Assembly (NCBI GenBank): GCA_965223345.1
Contig: CBDCWG010000012.1
Span: forward strand, 2,592,001-2,656,000
Reading direction: 5' to 3'
DNA from: Nitrospinales bacterium
Lineage (GTDB): Bacteria > Nitrospinota > Nitrospinia > Nitrospinales > VA-1
DNA length: 64,000 bases
The notes below the pieces were generated by a model, which was not told the origin of the DNA, searched no databases, and saw only the letters and a list, made by a program, of their open reading frames with translations. How positions within the stretch are numbered: position 1 is the first letter of the stretch; every line of letters begins with the position of its first letter. Made by a program: the position numbers and the translations under genes. This document shows positions 1 through 9,683 of this stretch, in pieces.

Positions 1-1
1 G

Positions 2-469
2 ATCGCCGCGAAAGCGGTGGCGTTCAAGGAAGCGCTGAGCCCGGGTTTCGTCGATTACCAGAAGCAGGTGGTGGCGAATGCGAAAGCGCTGGCGGCCTAT
101 CTTGTGAGCAAGGGCTACAAGATCGTCAGCGGCGGCACCGACACGCACCTCATGCTGGTGGATCTGAGAAAGCAGGACATCACCGGCAAGGCCGCCGAGC
201 ATGCGCTGGATGAAGCCGGCATCACCGTCAACAAGAACACGGTGCCGTTCGAGACGCGCAGCCCGTTCGTGACCTCGGGCATCCGCATCGGCACGCCGGC
301 GCTGACGACGCGCGGCATGAAGGAAAAAGAAATGGAAACCATCGGCGAATGGATCCACCAGACCCTGACAAACATCGAGGATGCCGGATTCCATTCGAAG
401 ACCCGCCAGAAAGTTCGCGAGCTGTGCGAACAGTTTCCGCTGCACCTGGAACTCTCTAGCAAATGCTGA
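2..469 (+). CDS. glyA: Serine hydroxymethyltransferase, C-terminal part (gene starts before window)
   Basis: SHMT motifs [31 protein letters not shown]; precedes nrdR as is common. Confidence 0.97.
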   Translation: MAAKAVAFKEALSPGFVDYQKQVVANAKALAAYLVSKGYKIVSGGTDTHLMLVDLRKQDITGKAAEHALDEAGITVNKNTVPFETRSPFVTSGIRIGTPALTTRGMKEKEMETIGEWIHQTLTNIEDAGFHSKTRQKVRELCEQFPLHLELSSKC

Positions 470-476
470 ACCGCAG

Positions 477-962
477 ATGAAATGCCCCGCCTGTTCCAAC
501 ATGGAAAACAAAGTGATCGATTCCCGCCTCAACAAGGAAGGGGACATCATCCGCAGACGCCGTGAGTGCCTGAGCTGCGAAGAGCGGTTCACCACCTACG
601 AGCGTGTGGAGAAATCCCTGCCGTTCGTAGTGAAAAAGGACGGTCGGCGCGAGGAGTTCAACCGGGAGAAGATCCTCGACGGGGTCAAGAAGGCCTGCCA
701 GAAGCGGCCCATCAGCATCGAGAAGGTGGAAAGCCTGGTGGACCGGGTGGAGCAGCATTTTCAGGATCTGGGCGAGAAGGAGATCTCCGCCGTCGCCGTG
801 GGGGAGAAGGTGGTCAAGGAGCTGTACGGCCTGGACGATGTGGCGTACGTGCGGTTCGCCTCGGTGTACCGTTCCTTCAAGGATGTGAACGAATTCATGG
901 TGGAACTGAAGGAAGTCCTCAAGGACAAGCAGGGGGAGAAAGACACCGACCGGTTGCAGTGA
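477..962 (+). CDS. nrdR: Transcriptional repressor NrdR
   Basis: MKCPAC..VIDSR..IRRRREC..C..RFTTYE zinc ribbon, ATP-cone ([11 protein letters not shown]), [10 protein letters not shown]; start at ATG 477. Confidence 0.97.
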   Translation: MKCPACSNMENKVIDSRLNKEGDIIRRRRECLSCEERFTTYERVEKSLPFVVKKDGRREEFNREKILDGVKKACQKRPISIEKVESLVDRVEQHFQDLGEKEISAVAVGEKVVKELYGLDDVAYVRFASVYRSFKDVNEFMVELKEVLKDKQGEKDTDRLQ

Positions 963-996
963 CGGCGCGCGCCGCCGGGTGCAGGGGATCCGCTGC

Positions 997-1284
997 ATGG
1001 CAGGACAACGGCATTCGATTCGCGGCCGGGTGGAAATCTTTCCCGTCGAAAAGCCCTGGATCTACGTGCGTGTGCCGAAAAAGTACACGGCGCTGACCCG
1101 CGGCAGCGCGGACCGGGGTCTGGTGGCCGTGCGGGTCACGTTGGGCGCAAGCACCTGGAACACGTCGCTGATGCCCATGGGCGACGGCACCCTGTTCATC
1201 CCCCTCAACGCCAGGGTGAGAAAGGCGGAAGGCGTCGCCGTCGGCGACCGCGTGGAGCTCAGCTTCGAGCTGCGTAAACGCTGA
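997..1284 (+). CDS. DUF1905 family protein
   Basis: W.YV.VP, V.VTLG..TWNTSLMPMGDG.LFIPL.A.VRKAEG..GDRV pattern. Confidence 0.8.
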   Translation: MAGQRHSIRGRVEIFPVEKPWIYVRVPKKYTALTRGSADRGLVAVRVTLGASTWNTSLMPMGDGTLFIPLNARVRKAEGVAVGDRVELSFELRKR

Positions 1285-1528
1285 AAACCGCCGTTTTCCC
1301 GAGAATCCGCATTCCCCCGCCCTGCGGCAACTGCCCGTTGAATCCCTGATTACAAAATGTTACGATAATTCGATAGTAAGATATTAAAAATACCCGCTTT
1401 ATCGGGCTTTTCCCGGTTTTGGCGGGTGGGGGGAACGCTTCTGCGGCGCTGGGACCGGTTTCCATCGCCGGCAGCTCTTTCATCGCTCATCTTCGATCTA
1501 TTTCCCTCCCCTTTGTGCAGGGGCGGAT

Positions 1529-2317
1529 GTGGGAACGGCTGTGTTCCAAATTTCCTTATTCAGTTATCTCGGGGCTTCGCTCGGGTATTTCGTTTATCTG
1601 GTCTACCGCAAACCATTTGTGTCCACCCTCGCCACCGTCACGGTGGCGGTGGGTTTATTGGCCCAGACGGTCTGGCTGGGGCTCCGGTCCATGGAGACGG
1701 GGCACGGCCCCTACACCAACTCGTTCGAGATCGCGATGTTTTTCTCGTGGCTGTTGGTCGTGGTGTATTTTCTGACCGAGTGGAAATACAAGATCAAAGA
1801 CCTGGGCGCGTTCGTATTGCCGCTGGTGTTCATGGTGGTTCTGTCCTCCGGATTTCTGTCCAAGGAAGTGGACATGGTGGAGAAAGGGCAGGCCGATTTC
1901 TGGCTCACCCTGCACCGCACGCTATCGGTGCTGGGATACGCGGCTTTTAGCATCGCCTTTGCGGCGGGGATCATGTATCTTTTTCAAGAACATCAGGTCA
2001 AATCGAAGAAGCTCGGCATCATGTATTTCCGGATGCCGTCTCTGGAAGTGCTCGACAACCTCAACGACAAAGTGATCACCATCGGCTTTCCCCTGTTCAC
2101 GCTCGGTTTCATGACCGGTTCGCTGTGGCAGGCGCAGCTCAACCAGCCGATGCTGGCCTGGGAGCCGCTCAAGACCTGGCCGCTGATCGGGGTGTGGTTG
2201 ATTTACGGGGTGGTGTTTTTCGGCCGCCTGATCGCGGGGGTGCGCGGCAAGAAAGCGGCGCAGGGAGCGATTCTGGGTTTTGTGATGGTCATCATCACTT
2301 ATTTCATGCACGTGTGA
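1529..2317 (+). CDS. Cytochrome c assembly protein (CcsA/HemX-like membrane protein)
   Basis: Multiple TM helices, GHGPYTNSFE, WLTLH, PSLEVLD, TGSLW..W.P.K; directly upstream of hemA. Confidence 0.85.
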   Translation: MGTAVFQISLFSYLGASLGYFVYLVYRKPFVSTLATVTVAVGLLAQTVWLGLRSMETGHGPYTNSFEIAMFFSWLLVVVYFLTEWKYKIKDLGAFVLPLVFMVVLSSGFLSKEVDMVEKGQADFWLTLHRTLSVLGYAAFSIAFAAGIMYLFQEHQVKSKKLGIMYFRMPSLEVLDNLNDKVITIGFPLFTLGFMTGSLWQAQLNQPMLAWEPLKTWPLIGVWLIYGVVFFGRLIAGVRGKKAAQGAILGFVMVIITYFMHV

Positions 2318-2319
2318 AC

Positions 2320-3594
2320 ATGGGCGATCCCAATCTCATTCTGGTGGGCGTGAACCACAAGGCGACGCCGGTGGAAATCCGCGAACGGCTGGCGTTCACG
2401 CAGCCGCAGATCGAGGCTTCGCTGGAACGGCTGCTCGGCCACCCGGAGATCATCGAGAACATCATCCTTTCCACCTGCAACCGCGTGGAGATCTACGCCC
2501 GGGTGCGCAGCGCCGGGGACGGGGTGCGGCTGCTCAAGGAATTCATCTGCGAATACCACAACATCACGCTCGAAAGCCTGGACAAGTATTTTTACAGCTA
2601 TCAGGACGAGCAGGCGGTGGAGCATCTGTTCCGGGTTTCGTCCAGCCTGGACTCGATGGTGCTGGGCGAGGCGCAGATCCTCGGGCAGGTGAAGGAGGCC
2701 TACAGCACCGCGCGGGCATTGCAGTCCACCGGCATGGTGCTCAATCAGCTGTTCGAGAAAGCCTTCAACGTCGCGAAAAAAGTGCGCGAGGAAACCGGCA
2801 TCGCCGAGCGCGGCGTTTCCATCAGCAGCGCCGCGGTGGAACTGGCGCGCAAGATCTTCGACGACCTGGAAACCCATTCCGTCATGCTGGTCGGCACCGG
2901 CGAGATGGCCGAGCTGGCGGCGAAATCGCTGATCTCCTACGGCGTCAAAACCGTGTACGTGGCCAGCCGCACCTACGAACGGGCGGAAACGCTGGCCCGC
3001 ACCCTCAACGGCAGTGCCCTGAGCTTCGAGATGTTCAAAGAGGAGATGCACCGGGCGGACATCGTCATTACCTCGACGGCGGCGCCGACGTTCATCATCA
3101 AAAAGGAGATGGTGGAAGAGGCGATCCACAAGCGCAAGAACAAACCCATCTTCTTCATCGACATCGCGGTGCCGCGCGACATCGAGCCCGAGGTCAACGA
3201 CCTGGAAAACGTGTACCTCTACGACATCGACGACCTGCAGACGGTGGTCGCGGCGAACATGAAGGAGCGGGAAAAGGAAGCCGAGAACGCGCTGGAGATC
3301 ATCCAGAACGAGGTCACCAAATTCAACAACTGGGTCGTCTCCCGCGACGCGGTGCCCACCATCGTCGAGATGCGCAAGCGCGCCGATGACATCCGCCAGA
3401 ACGAGGTGGAGCGCACCCTCAAGAAGATGCCCCACCTGTCGGAAGACGACGTCAAGGCGCTGGAACAGATGTCGCAGTCGATCATCGAAAAAATCCTCCA
3501 CAAACCCACCGTCAATCTCAAGAAGCAGACCCAGTCCCAGGAAGGGCATGTTTATTTGAAGGCGATCCGGCACCTGTTTCACCTGGACGACTGA
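2320..3594 (+). CDS. hemA: Glutamyl-tRNA reductase
   Basis: GVNHKATPVEIRE, LSTCNRVE, SLDSMVLGEAQILGQVK, DIAVPRDIE; start at ATG 2320. Confidence 0.97.
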   Translation: MGDPNLILVGVNHKATPVEIRERLAFTQPQIEASLERLLGHPEIIENIILSTCNRVEIYARVRSAGDGVRLLKEFICEYHNITLESLDKYFYSYQDEQAVEHLFRVSSSLDSMVLGEAQILGQVKEAYSTARALQSTGMVLNQLFEKAFNVAKKVREETGIAERGVSISSAAVELARKIFDDLETHSVMLVGTGEMAELAAKSLISYGVKTVYVASRTYERAETLARTLNGSALSFEMFKEEMHRADIVITSTAAPTFIIKKEMVEEAIHKRKNKPIFFIDIAVPRDIEPEVNDLENVYLYDIDDLQTVVAANMKEREKEAENALEIIQNEVTKFNNWVVSRDAVPTIVEMRKRADDIRQNEVERTLKKMPHLSEDDVKALEQMSQSIIEKILHKPTVNLKKQTQSQEGHVYLKAIRHLFHLDD

Positions 3595-4527
3595 ATGGCA
3601 TCCCGCAAACTCATCATCGGGAGCCGGGGCAGCGGCCTGGCATTGTGGCAGGCGAACTGGATCCGCTCGCAGCTTCTGGAACTCCACGACGACCTCGACG
3701 TCGAGATCAAGATCATCAAGACCTCCGGCGACAAGATCCAGAACGTGCCGCTCACCAAGATCGGCGGCAAGGGCCTGTTCGTCAAGGAGATCGAGGAGGC
3801 GCTGATGGCGGGTGAGGTGGATCTCGCGGTGCACAGCATGAAGGATGTGCCGATGAAGCTGCCCTACGAGCTGCACATCTCCATCATCACCGAGCGGGAA
3901 AACCCGTACGATGCGCTCCTGTCCAGAAACGGCACGCCCCTTAATGACTTGCCCAAAGGGGCGAAGGTGGGAACGGGCAGCCTCAGGCGCAGCTCGCAGC
4001 TTTTGAAGTACCGGCCCGATCTTGAGATCGTCGGGCTGCGCGGCAACATCGACACGCGCATCAAAAAACTCGACAGCGAAGGGCTGGACGCGATTATCCT
4101 GGCCGCCGCGGGGCTCCGGCGCATGGGCTGGGAAGACAAGATCACCGAGATCATCCCGCCGGAGGTGATCCTGCCGGCGATGGGGCAGGGCGCGGTGGGC
4201 ATCGAAACGCGCAAGCAGGACCCCGACGTGCACGGTCTTTTGTACGATCTCGATCACGAAGCCACCCACTGGGCGCTGGATGCGGAACGGGCGTTCGTCG
4301 CTCTGCTGGAAGGCGGCTGCCAGGTGCCCATCGGGGCGCACGCCACGATCGACGCAAACGAAACCATGACGGTCCGAGGTCTGGTGGCGAGTCTGGACGG
4401 CAACACGGTGTACCAGTGGGACAGGCAGGGGCCCGTTCAGGACGCAAAAAAACTGGGCCGCGAGCTCGGGCAGGACCTGCTCAAAATGGGCGCGGATAAA
4501 ATTTTAAAGGAAATTTACAGCGAGTGA
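3595..4527 (+). CDS. hemC: Hydroxymethylbilane synthase (porphobilinogen deaminase)
   Basis: GSRGSGLALWQA, GGKGLFVKE, AVHSMKD, GTGSLRR, LEGGCQVPIG. Confidence 0.97.
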   Translation: MASRKLIIGSRGSGLALWQANWIRSQLLELHDDLDVEIKIIKTSGDKIQNVPLTKIGGKGLFVKEIEEALMAGEVDLAVHSMKDVPMKLPYELHISIITERENPYDALLSRNGTPLNDLPKGAKVGTGSLRRSSQLLKYRPDLEIVGLRGNIDTRIKKLDSEGLDAIILAAAGLRRMGWEDKITEIIPPEVILPAMGQGAVGIETRKQDPDVHGLLYDLDHEATHWALDAERAFVALLEGGCQVPIGAHATIDANETMTVRGLVASLDGNTVYQWDRQGPVQDAKKLGRELGQDLLKMGADKILKEIYSE

Positions 4528-4694
4528 GCTAACGCACGGCCTTTCAATCCCTTCTTCCGGCCTCCGATTTTCCCCATCCTATAAGCGAAATTCCGTCCTT
4601 GTAAATATCCGCCACGGCGTTATATTTATAAGGGAGAGCCCTTCCGCAGTACGAAAGAGCCCCCATCCACAAACCTTCTCACCCGAGAGGAAAC

Positions 4695-5438
4695 ATGAAC
4701 GCCAAACGACCCATTCAGATTGCAGCGCTGAGTTGCGCCCTTTTTGCCGCCGGTTTGCTGACAAGCGCCTGGGCGGAGGCGCCCGATGTTTTTCCGCATG
4801 CGGTTTGGAATAAGGATACGCCCACCGTGGAAATTCAAGCGGTTCCGGAAGCCGAAAGCGTGGACGAGACGATGGTGTTCGAGACGGATCCCTCGGATTA
4901 CGATCTGGACCCTGAGGACGAGCTGGATTTGATCTTTTCCAACGACTATCAGACCGGAGATCTGCCCGCCCGTTTTCTGCTGGATGTCTGGAACGCGCCG
5001 GATTTTCGGGAAGCGGTTCTCGATCCCGGTGTGGAGGCCTACCTGAGAGAGCTGATCGCCTCCGGCGATCTGGACCCCGACGATCCGGCCTTGCAGGGTA
5101 TCGAAGCCGACCTGCGAGGTGGTTTTTTCCGGCCCGATCCGAATAGCGAGCTGGTGCTGTTTCCTTCGACGGCTTTGCAGACGGGGGACATCCCGGCGCG
5201 TTTCCTGGTGGAGCTGGGTCCCCGGATCAGTGAACGTGCGTTTGTGCTGGATCCCGGTATCGGCGCGACGTTGAACCGGCTCATCGACACCGGATTCATC
5301 GACCTCAACAACCAGGCGCAGGCAGGAGCGCTGTTGAGCATCGAGAGCCGGCTGCGCGGCGGTCTTCTGGGCCGCAGCCGCGGGCCCGGATTCAGTGGCG
5401 GTCTGTTAAGCCGCGGCGGCGGATTGCTGGGCCGGTGA
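4695..5438 (+). CDS. Hypothetical secreted acidic protein with two ~76-80 aa internal repeats
   Basis: RBS GAGGA, Sec-type signal peptide (AWA/EA), duplicated QTGD(L/I)PARFL..VLDPG..LRGG unit. Confidence 0.75.
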   Translation: MNAKRPIQIAALSCALFAAGLLTSAWAEAPDVFPHAVWNKDTPTVEIQAVPEAESVDETMVFETDPSDYDLDPEDELDLIFSNDYQTGDLPARFLLDVWNAPDFREAVLDPGVEAYLRELIASGDLDPDDPALQGIEADLRGGFFRPDPNSELVLFPSTALQTGDIPARFLVELGPRISERAFVLDPGIGATLNRLIDTGFIDLNNQAQAGALLSIESRLRGGLLGRSRGPGFSGGLLSRGGGLLGR

Positions 5439-5462
5439 TCTGAGCGACTCACTCCATTATCA

Positions 5463-6740
5463 TTACAACCACACTTCATCGGCGTCGAGCCGTTCTTTGG
5501 CCAACGCTTCCGCGGCCTCGCGGAAGATGACGTCGTTTCCCTCCTGCGATTGCAGCCGTTCGTGGATCGCCAATACATTCTGCGAGACGGTGTGGTAGAT
5601 GAGGTCGTCCAGGTACTGCCTCGCGCCTGTGCCGTTGACGGTTTCACGGTAGGTCTCGTCTCCGGTCATCTTGAGTTCCACCGCGCAGCCGATGACGCCC
5701 CCGACATTGACGATAAAATCCGAAAGCGAAAGAATGCCGCGGCGGTTGTTCAGGTAATACTCGGTCATCTTGTTGCTCGGCGTGTTTGCGCCCTGCAACA
5801 CGATGCGGCACTGGATGCGGTCGGCGTTCCGGGCGGTGATGGCGTCCGGCCGGGCCGCCGGGATGAGCAGGTCGCAGGGCGCTTCCAGCAGCCAGTCGAG
5901 CCGGTCGGGGCCGAATTTTTTCTGCACGCGGCGCGGATAGGCGTCGAGACCGGAGGGTTCCTTGCGCACGGCGTTCAACGCCTCGACGTCGAGGCCGTCC
6001 GGGTTCCACAGCGCGGCGTGGATGTCGGACGCGCCCACCAGCGTCGCGCCTGCGGCCTGGAGTTTGACGGCGATCCAGGAGCCGACGTTGCCGTAACCCT
6101 GAATGACAAATTTCGCGTGCTGGAGATCGAGGTCTGCATCGAGCGTTTCCAGCGTGCGTGCGGCGGCGTACAGCCCCTGGGCGGTGAGGCCCCAGCCGTC
6201 GATCGGCACGCCGCCTTTTTCCGGCGGCCGTCCCGCGCCGCCGCGCAGATGCGTCGGATTGCCGAGTTTGCCCGAATAGGCTTCATAGATCTGCTGGATG
6301 TCGCGCTCGTCGGTGCCCATGTCGGGGGCGGGGATGTAGCGGTCCACCGCGAACACCGCGTCGGCGTACAATCCGATGAGATCGCGCCTGAGGCCCGATT
6401 CCTGCGCCAGCGCCCGGGGATCGACGGCCAGCCCGGATTTGCCGCCGCCGAAGGGCAGGCAGGCGCCGCTGTTTTTCAGCGTCATGGTGCGGGCGAGGCG
6501 CGCCACTTCTTCCAGCGTGACGTTGGGGGCCATGCGCAGGCCGCCGAGGCCGGGACCGCGCTGCGTGTTGTCCACCACCACGAATCCCCAGGCGTCTCCG
6601 GTGGCCGGATCGACGAGGCGGATTTTATGTTCCGGCTGCGGTTCGCGCGGGTCGGAAAACCGGTCCTGCAGATCCATCGCGGAGACCGGATCGCATTCCA
6701 GTTTTTGCGGCAGTTTCATTTTGCCGACGGAAAGATTCAT
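5463..6740 (-). CDS. Glu/Leu/Phe/Val dehydrogenase family protein (start 6740 or 6719)
   Basis: RGPGLGGLR, MTLKN, GGGKSG, PAPDMGT, IQGYGNVG NAD-binding motif, GAN, D..VNVGGV. Confidence 0.9.
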   Translation of the reverse strand: MNLSVGKMKLPQKLECDPVSAMDLQDRFSDPREPQPEHKIRLVDPATGDAWGFVVVDNTQRGPGLGGLRMAPNVTLEEVARLARTMTLKNSGACLPFGGGKSGLAVDPRALAQESGLRRDLIGLYADAVFAVDRYIPAPDMGTDERDIQQIYEAYSGKLGNPTHLRGGAGRPPEKGGVPIDGWGLTAQGLYAAARTLETLDADLDLQHAKFVIQGYGNVGSWIAVKLQAAGATLVGASDIHAALWNPDGLDVEALNAVRKEPSGLDAYPRRVQKKFGPDRLDWLLEAPCDLLIPAARPDAITARNADRIQCRIVLQGANTPSNKMTEYYLNNRRGILSLSDFIVNVGGVIGCAVELKMTGDETYRETVNGTGARQYLDDLIYHTVSQNVLAIHERLQSQEGNDVIFREAAEALAKERLDADEVWL

Positions 6741-6920
6741 GTCAGCCGGCACGGCGCTGCGGGCACCGCGAAAGAAAACGGTTTCATTTTTTGTCCCTTC
6801 CGTGGACAATGGCCGGGAGCCGGTGGACGGTTGCGAGCGGAATGGCGGCGCGCTCGCACGCTGTTTCGCCCTCATTTTAATGCAGATGCCAACCCCCTTC
6901 CATAGGTTATTTGATCGCGC

Positions 6921-7757
6921 ATGAACGCTCCGCAACCCACTCAGGAACAGATCGATGAACTGATTCTCCGCTCGCTGGAAGAAGACCTGGGAGAGGGCGA
7001 CGTCACTTCCCGCGCCGTGGTTCGGGACAACGCCGTGCTCGAAGCCACGCTGACTGCAAAGGAAGACCTGATCGTGTGCGGCGCGGAGATTGGCAAACGG
7101 GTGTTCACGCTGCTCGATCCGGATGCCGCGTTCCCGGAGCCGGGCGCTGCGGACGGCGAAGCGATGGCCCTGGGAAAAGACTTTCTGCGCGTGCGCGCGC
7201 AAACACGCGCGCTGCTGGAAGGAGAGAGGACGGCGCTCAATATAATGCAGCGGCTGAGCGGGATCGCGACCCTGACGCGCCGGTTTGTCGAAAAAGCCGC
7301 TCCCGTTACCGTTCTGGACACGCGCAAGACCACGCCGGGGCTCAGGCTGTTCGAAAAATACGCCGTGCGCTGCGGCGGCGGAACCAACCACCGTTTCGGC
7401 CTTTACGACGGCATCCTGATCAAGGACAACCATATCAAGGCCGCGGGCAGCGTGGCGGAGGCGGTGGCGCGGGCGCGCAACGGGGCTGCGTTTCCGGTGG
7501 AGGTGGAGACGGCGACGCTGGAGCAGGTGAAAGAAGCGCTGGATGCGGGAGCGGATATCCTGCTGCTCGACAACATGACGACGGAAACGATTCGAAAGGC
7601 GGTGCAAATCGTGGCGGGCCGGGCGAAAATTGAGGTTTCCGGCTCGATGTCGCTGGCGCGGGTGCAGGAGATTTCCGGGACCGGCGTCGATTTCGTGTCC
7701 GTCGGGGCGCTCACCCATTCCGCCCCGGCGGTGGACATCAGCATGAACCTCGCCTGA
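6921..7757 (+). CDS. nadC: Nicotinate-nucleotide pyrophosphorylase (quinolinate phosphoribosyltransferase)
   Basis: EDLGEGDVTS, ERTALN..QRLSGIAT, DTRKTTPGLR, NHRFGL.D.ILIKDNH, LLDN, SVGALTHS. Confidence 0.97.
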   Translation: MNAPQPTQEQIDELILRSLEEDLGEGDVTSRAVVRDNAVLEATLTAKEDLIVCGAEIGKRVFTLLDPDAAFPEPGAADGEAMALGKDFLRVRAQTRALLEGERTALNIMQRLSGIATLTRRFVEKAAPVTVLDTRKTTPGLRLFEKYAVRCGGGTNHRFGLYDGILIKDNHIKAAGSVAEAVARARNGAAFPVEVETATLEQVKEALDAGADILLLDNMTTETIRKAVQIVAGRAKIEVSGSMSLARVQEISGTGVDFVSVGALTHSAPAVDISMNLA

Positions 7758-7827
7758 TTCGGGGCGTCCGCCGCCCGCAAATGCGGTATAATGAAGGCCT
7801 GTCACCAACGAATGGAGTGAGTGGGCC

Positions 7828-8241
7828 ATGCCCTGCAAGGACAGCACGTCCAGAGTGAGGGTCACCCTCGATGCGGACGAGCGGCTGCTGGATTTCGATT
7901 TTTCCAAGATCACCTGCAGCCAGACCATCGGCGGCGAGACCGGATACAAGCAATGGTGCACCGGAAAAACCATCGAGGCCATCGCTGCGCTCGAGTTCAG
8001 CGACCTGGTGCGGGATCTGGGTCTCACGCAGACGGAGGAGCAGTTCTTTCTTTACCTGGAATGGGACGCGTTGCGCTCGGCGATCGCCCAGTATCAGGGC
8101 AGGCAGGAAGACATCGACTCCGATCGCTATCAGGTGGCGTCGATATCCTGGGAGGACGGCCGGATCGAGATCAGCCAGGTGATCCGCCCGCCCACGGAAA
8201 TGCCGAAGATCATTCCCTGCAGCAAGCGGGCTTTGCCGTGA
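7828..8241 (+). CDS. Hypothetical protein, divergent IscU/NifU_N-like fold
   Basis: By-eye similarity to the IscU core: CKD..RV.LD.DE.L.D.DF...C....W..GKT.E.....DL..DL.L....L..DAL.SAIAQY. Confidence 0.6.
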   Translation: MPCKDSTSRVRVTLDADERLLDFDFSKITCSQTIGGETGYKQWCTGKTIEAIAALEFSDLVRDLGLTQTEEQFFLYLEWDALRSAIAQYQGRQEDIDSDRYQVASISWEDGRIEISQVIRPPTEMPKIIPCSKRALP

Positions 8242-8350
8242 TCCTGCAAAACAGGCAATGATCCGCGAAAATCCCTGAGCATCGCCGTTCCGGCAGCCTA
8301 AGCCGCGGGAGGACACAGAAGGGTTTTCTAAAAACGGGTTTACCTGCCAT

Positions 8351-8378
8351 TCATCCTTCGACAGGCTCAGGATGACAG
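8351..8378. repeat. Palindromic REP/MITE-like repeat (CTTCGACAGGCTCAG core)
   Basis: TCATCCTTCGACAGGCTCAGGATGACAG; related copies at 25771, 33928, 55021, 58803, 59963. Confidence 0.8.
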
Positions 8379-8467
8379 AGAGGGCCCCTCCCATCGGGAG
8401 GGTTGTGAAATTTCTTTTCCCGCCTGGTTTTCTTTGCGCTCTTTGCGCGAGACGTTTTGGTTTTTAG

Positions 8468-8890
8468 TCAATCCGGATAGAGGCGGACGGGGCGCACGTA
8501 GCCCTGCGAGAAATCCTGGTCGAATCCCTGCGACAGGCCGCTGGAATAATTGAAGTAGAACGCGGCCTGCTGGTCGAAGGGCAGGCACCAGGAACCGTTG
8601 CCGCCGCCCGGCGCGAAAACGGGGTCGATGTGCAGCTCCTGGGCGGAGCGGCCCATGACGGTGCAATCGGGCAGGAACAGCTTTTCGATCTCCTCTTTTT
8701 CCGGGATGCGCCAGTCGTGCTGGCCCAGGTAGTCCTTTTTATTCAAATCGTCCACGAAGGCCAGGGCCTCCTGAAAGGTCAGCCAGTCCTGCGCGATGGC
8801 CCAGGAATCCTCCTTCGCCCACACCAGACCGGTCTCGTTGTCGGTGACCATGCCGTTTCCGTTGTCCACAAAGCGTGTTTCCTGTATCAT
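8468..8890 (-). CDS. DUF1566 (Lcl C-terminal domain) protein
   Basis: RFVDNGNGMVTD.ETGLVW, LN...Y.G.HDWRIP...E, YVRPVR. Confidence 0.85.
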   Translation of the reverse strand: MIQETRFVDNGNGMVTDNETGLVWAKEDSWAIAQDWLTFQEALAFVDDLNKKDYLGQHDWRIPEKEEIEKLFLPDCTVMGRSAQELHIDPVFAPGGGNGSWCLPFDQQAAFYFNYSSGLSQGFDQDFSQGYVRPVRLYPD

Positions 8891-9040
8891 TACAAAACCT
8901 TAAAGCCGATCGAGTTCGGTTGCCGTCGATTGCGGACGCCGGAGGCCGTGCCTCCCGCGCCTGCAAATTCTTAAAATCGAAGGCCATAATTTAACGCAAG
9001 CCCTTGTACTTGTGAAGCGCAAATTTACAGGAAACGCCCC

Positions 9041-9670
9041 ATGCCCGTCATCCGATTGCTGAACCTGAGAACCTCCATCCCGATCCTGCTTGCGGCCGTT
9101 TGCTTCGCCGCAGCCTGGAATCCCCCGGCCGCGGCGCAGACCGTCCTGCCGCCATCGTCCGTGCTGTCTCAGGTTGTGGTGGCCGATACCCTGGAAGAGC
9201 GCTGCGGGGAGAAGGTGCTGCCCGCGGAATACTATACCCGCACCTCGCAGTACGCCCTTTACGGCGCGCTGGCGTTTCTGCTGCTTTACATTCTGGCGGA
9301 TAACAAAACACTCAAGATCGGCATGGGCATCGTCGCCATCGTTCCTGTGGCCCTGTGGGTGTACGTGAATTATTTTGTGGATTACGACAAGGTCAAGCGC
9401 ATGACCTTCACCTACAACACGGCGGCGGAGGCGACGCTGGCCAACATCGCCGAGGCGCAGGACCGCTACAAGTCCGAGCACGACACGTTCCTGAACGATC
9501 TGGACAAGCTGTATTCCCACACCGCCGGGGCTGGGGGCATGAACGCGTGCGTGAAAATCGTGTCCATCGAGGCGGAGTGGAACCGCTGGTCCGCTTCGGC
9601 GCAGCACGTCTCCAGCCCGGAAACGGTGACCTGGGACAGCCGCACCGGCAGCTCGCTGAAAAAAGGGTGA
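9041..9670 (+). CDS. Hypothetical membrane protein with C-terminal pilin-like segment
   Basis: Signal-like N-terminus, TM hairpin, A.ATLANIAEAQDRY.SEH..F pilin-like helix. Confidence 0.6.
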   Translation: MPVIRLLNLRTSIPILLAAVCFAAAWNPPAAAQTVLPPSSVLSQVVVADTLEERCGEKVLPAEYYTRTSQYALYGALAFLLLYILADNKTLKIGMGIVAIVPVALWVYVNYFVDYDKVKRMTFTYNTAAEATLANIAEAQDRYKSEHDTFLNDLDKLYSHTAGAGGMNACVKIVSIEAEWNRWSASAQHVSSPETVTWDSRTGSSLKKG

Positions 9671-9683
9671 AGCCTGAACAACC

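Noticed and set aside
6741..8027. 854-aa version of the dehydrogenase ORF suggesting a large N-terminal fusion
   Set aside because: The extension is the antisense shadow of nadC and the next gene; dehydrogenase similarity starts only near 6740-6680
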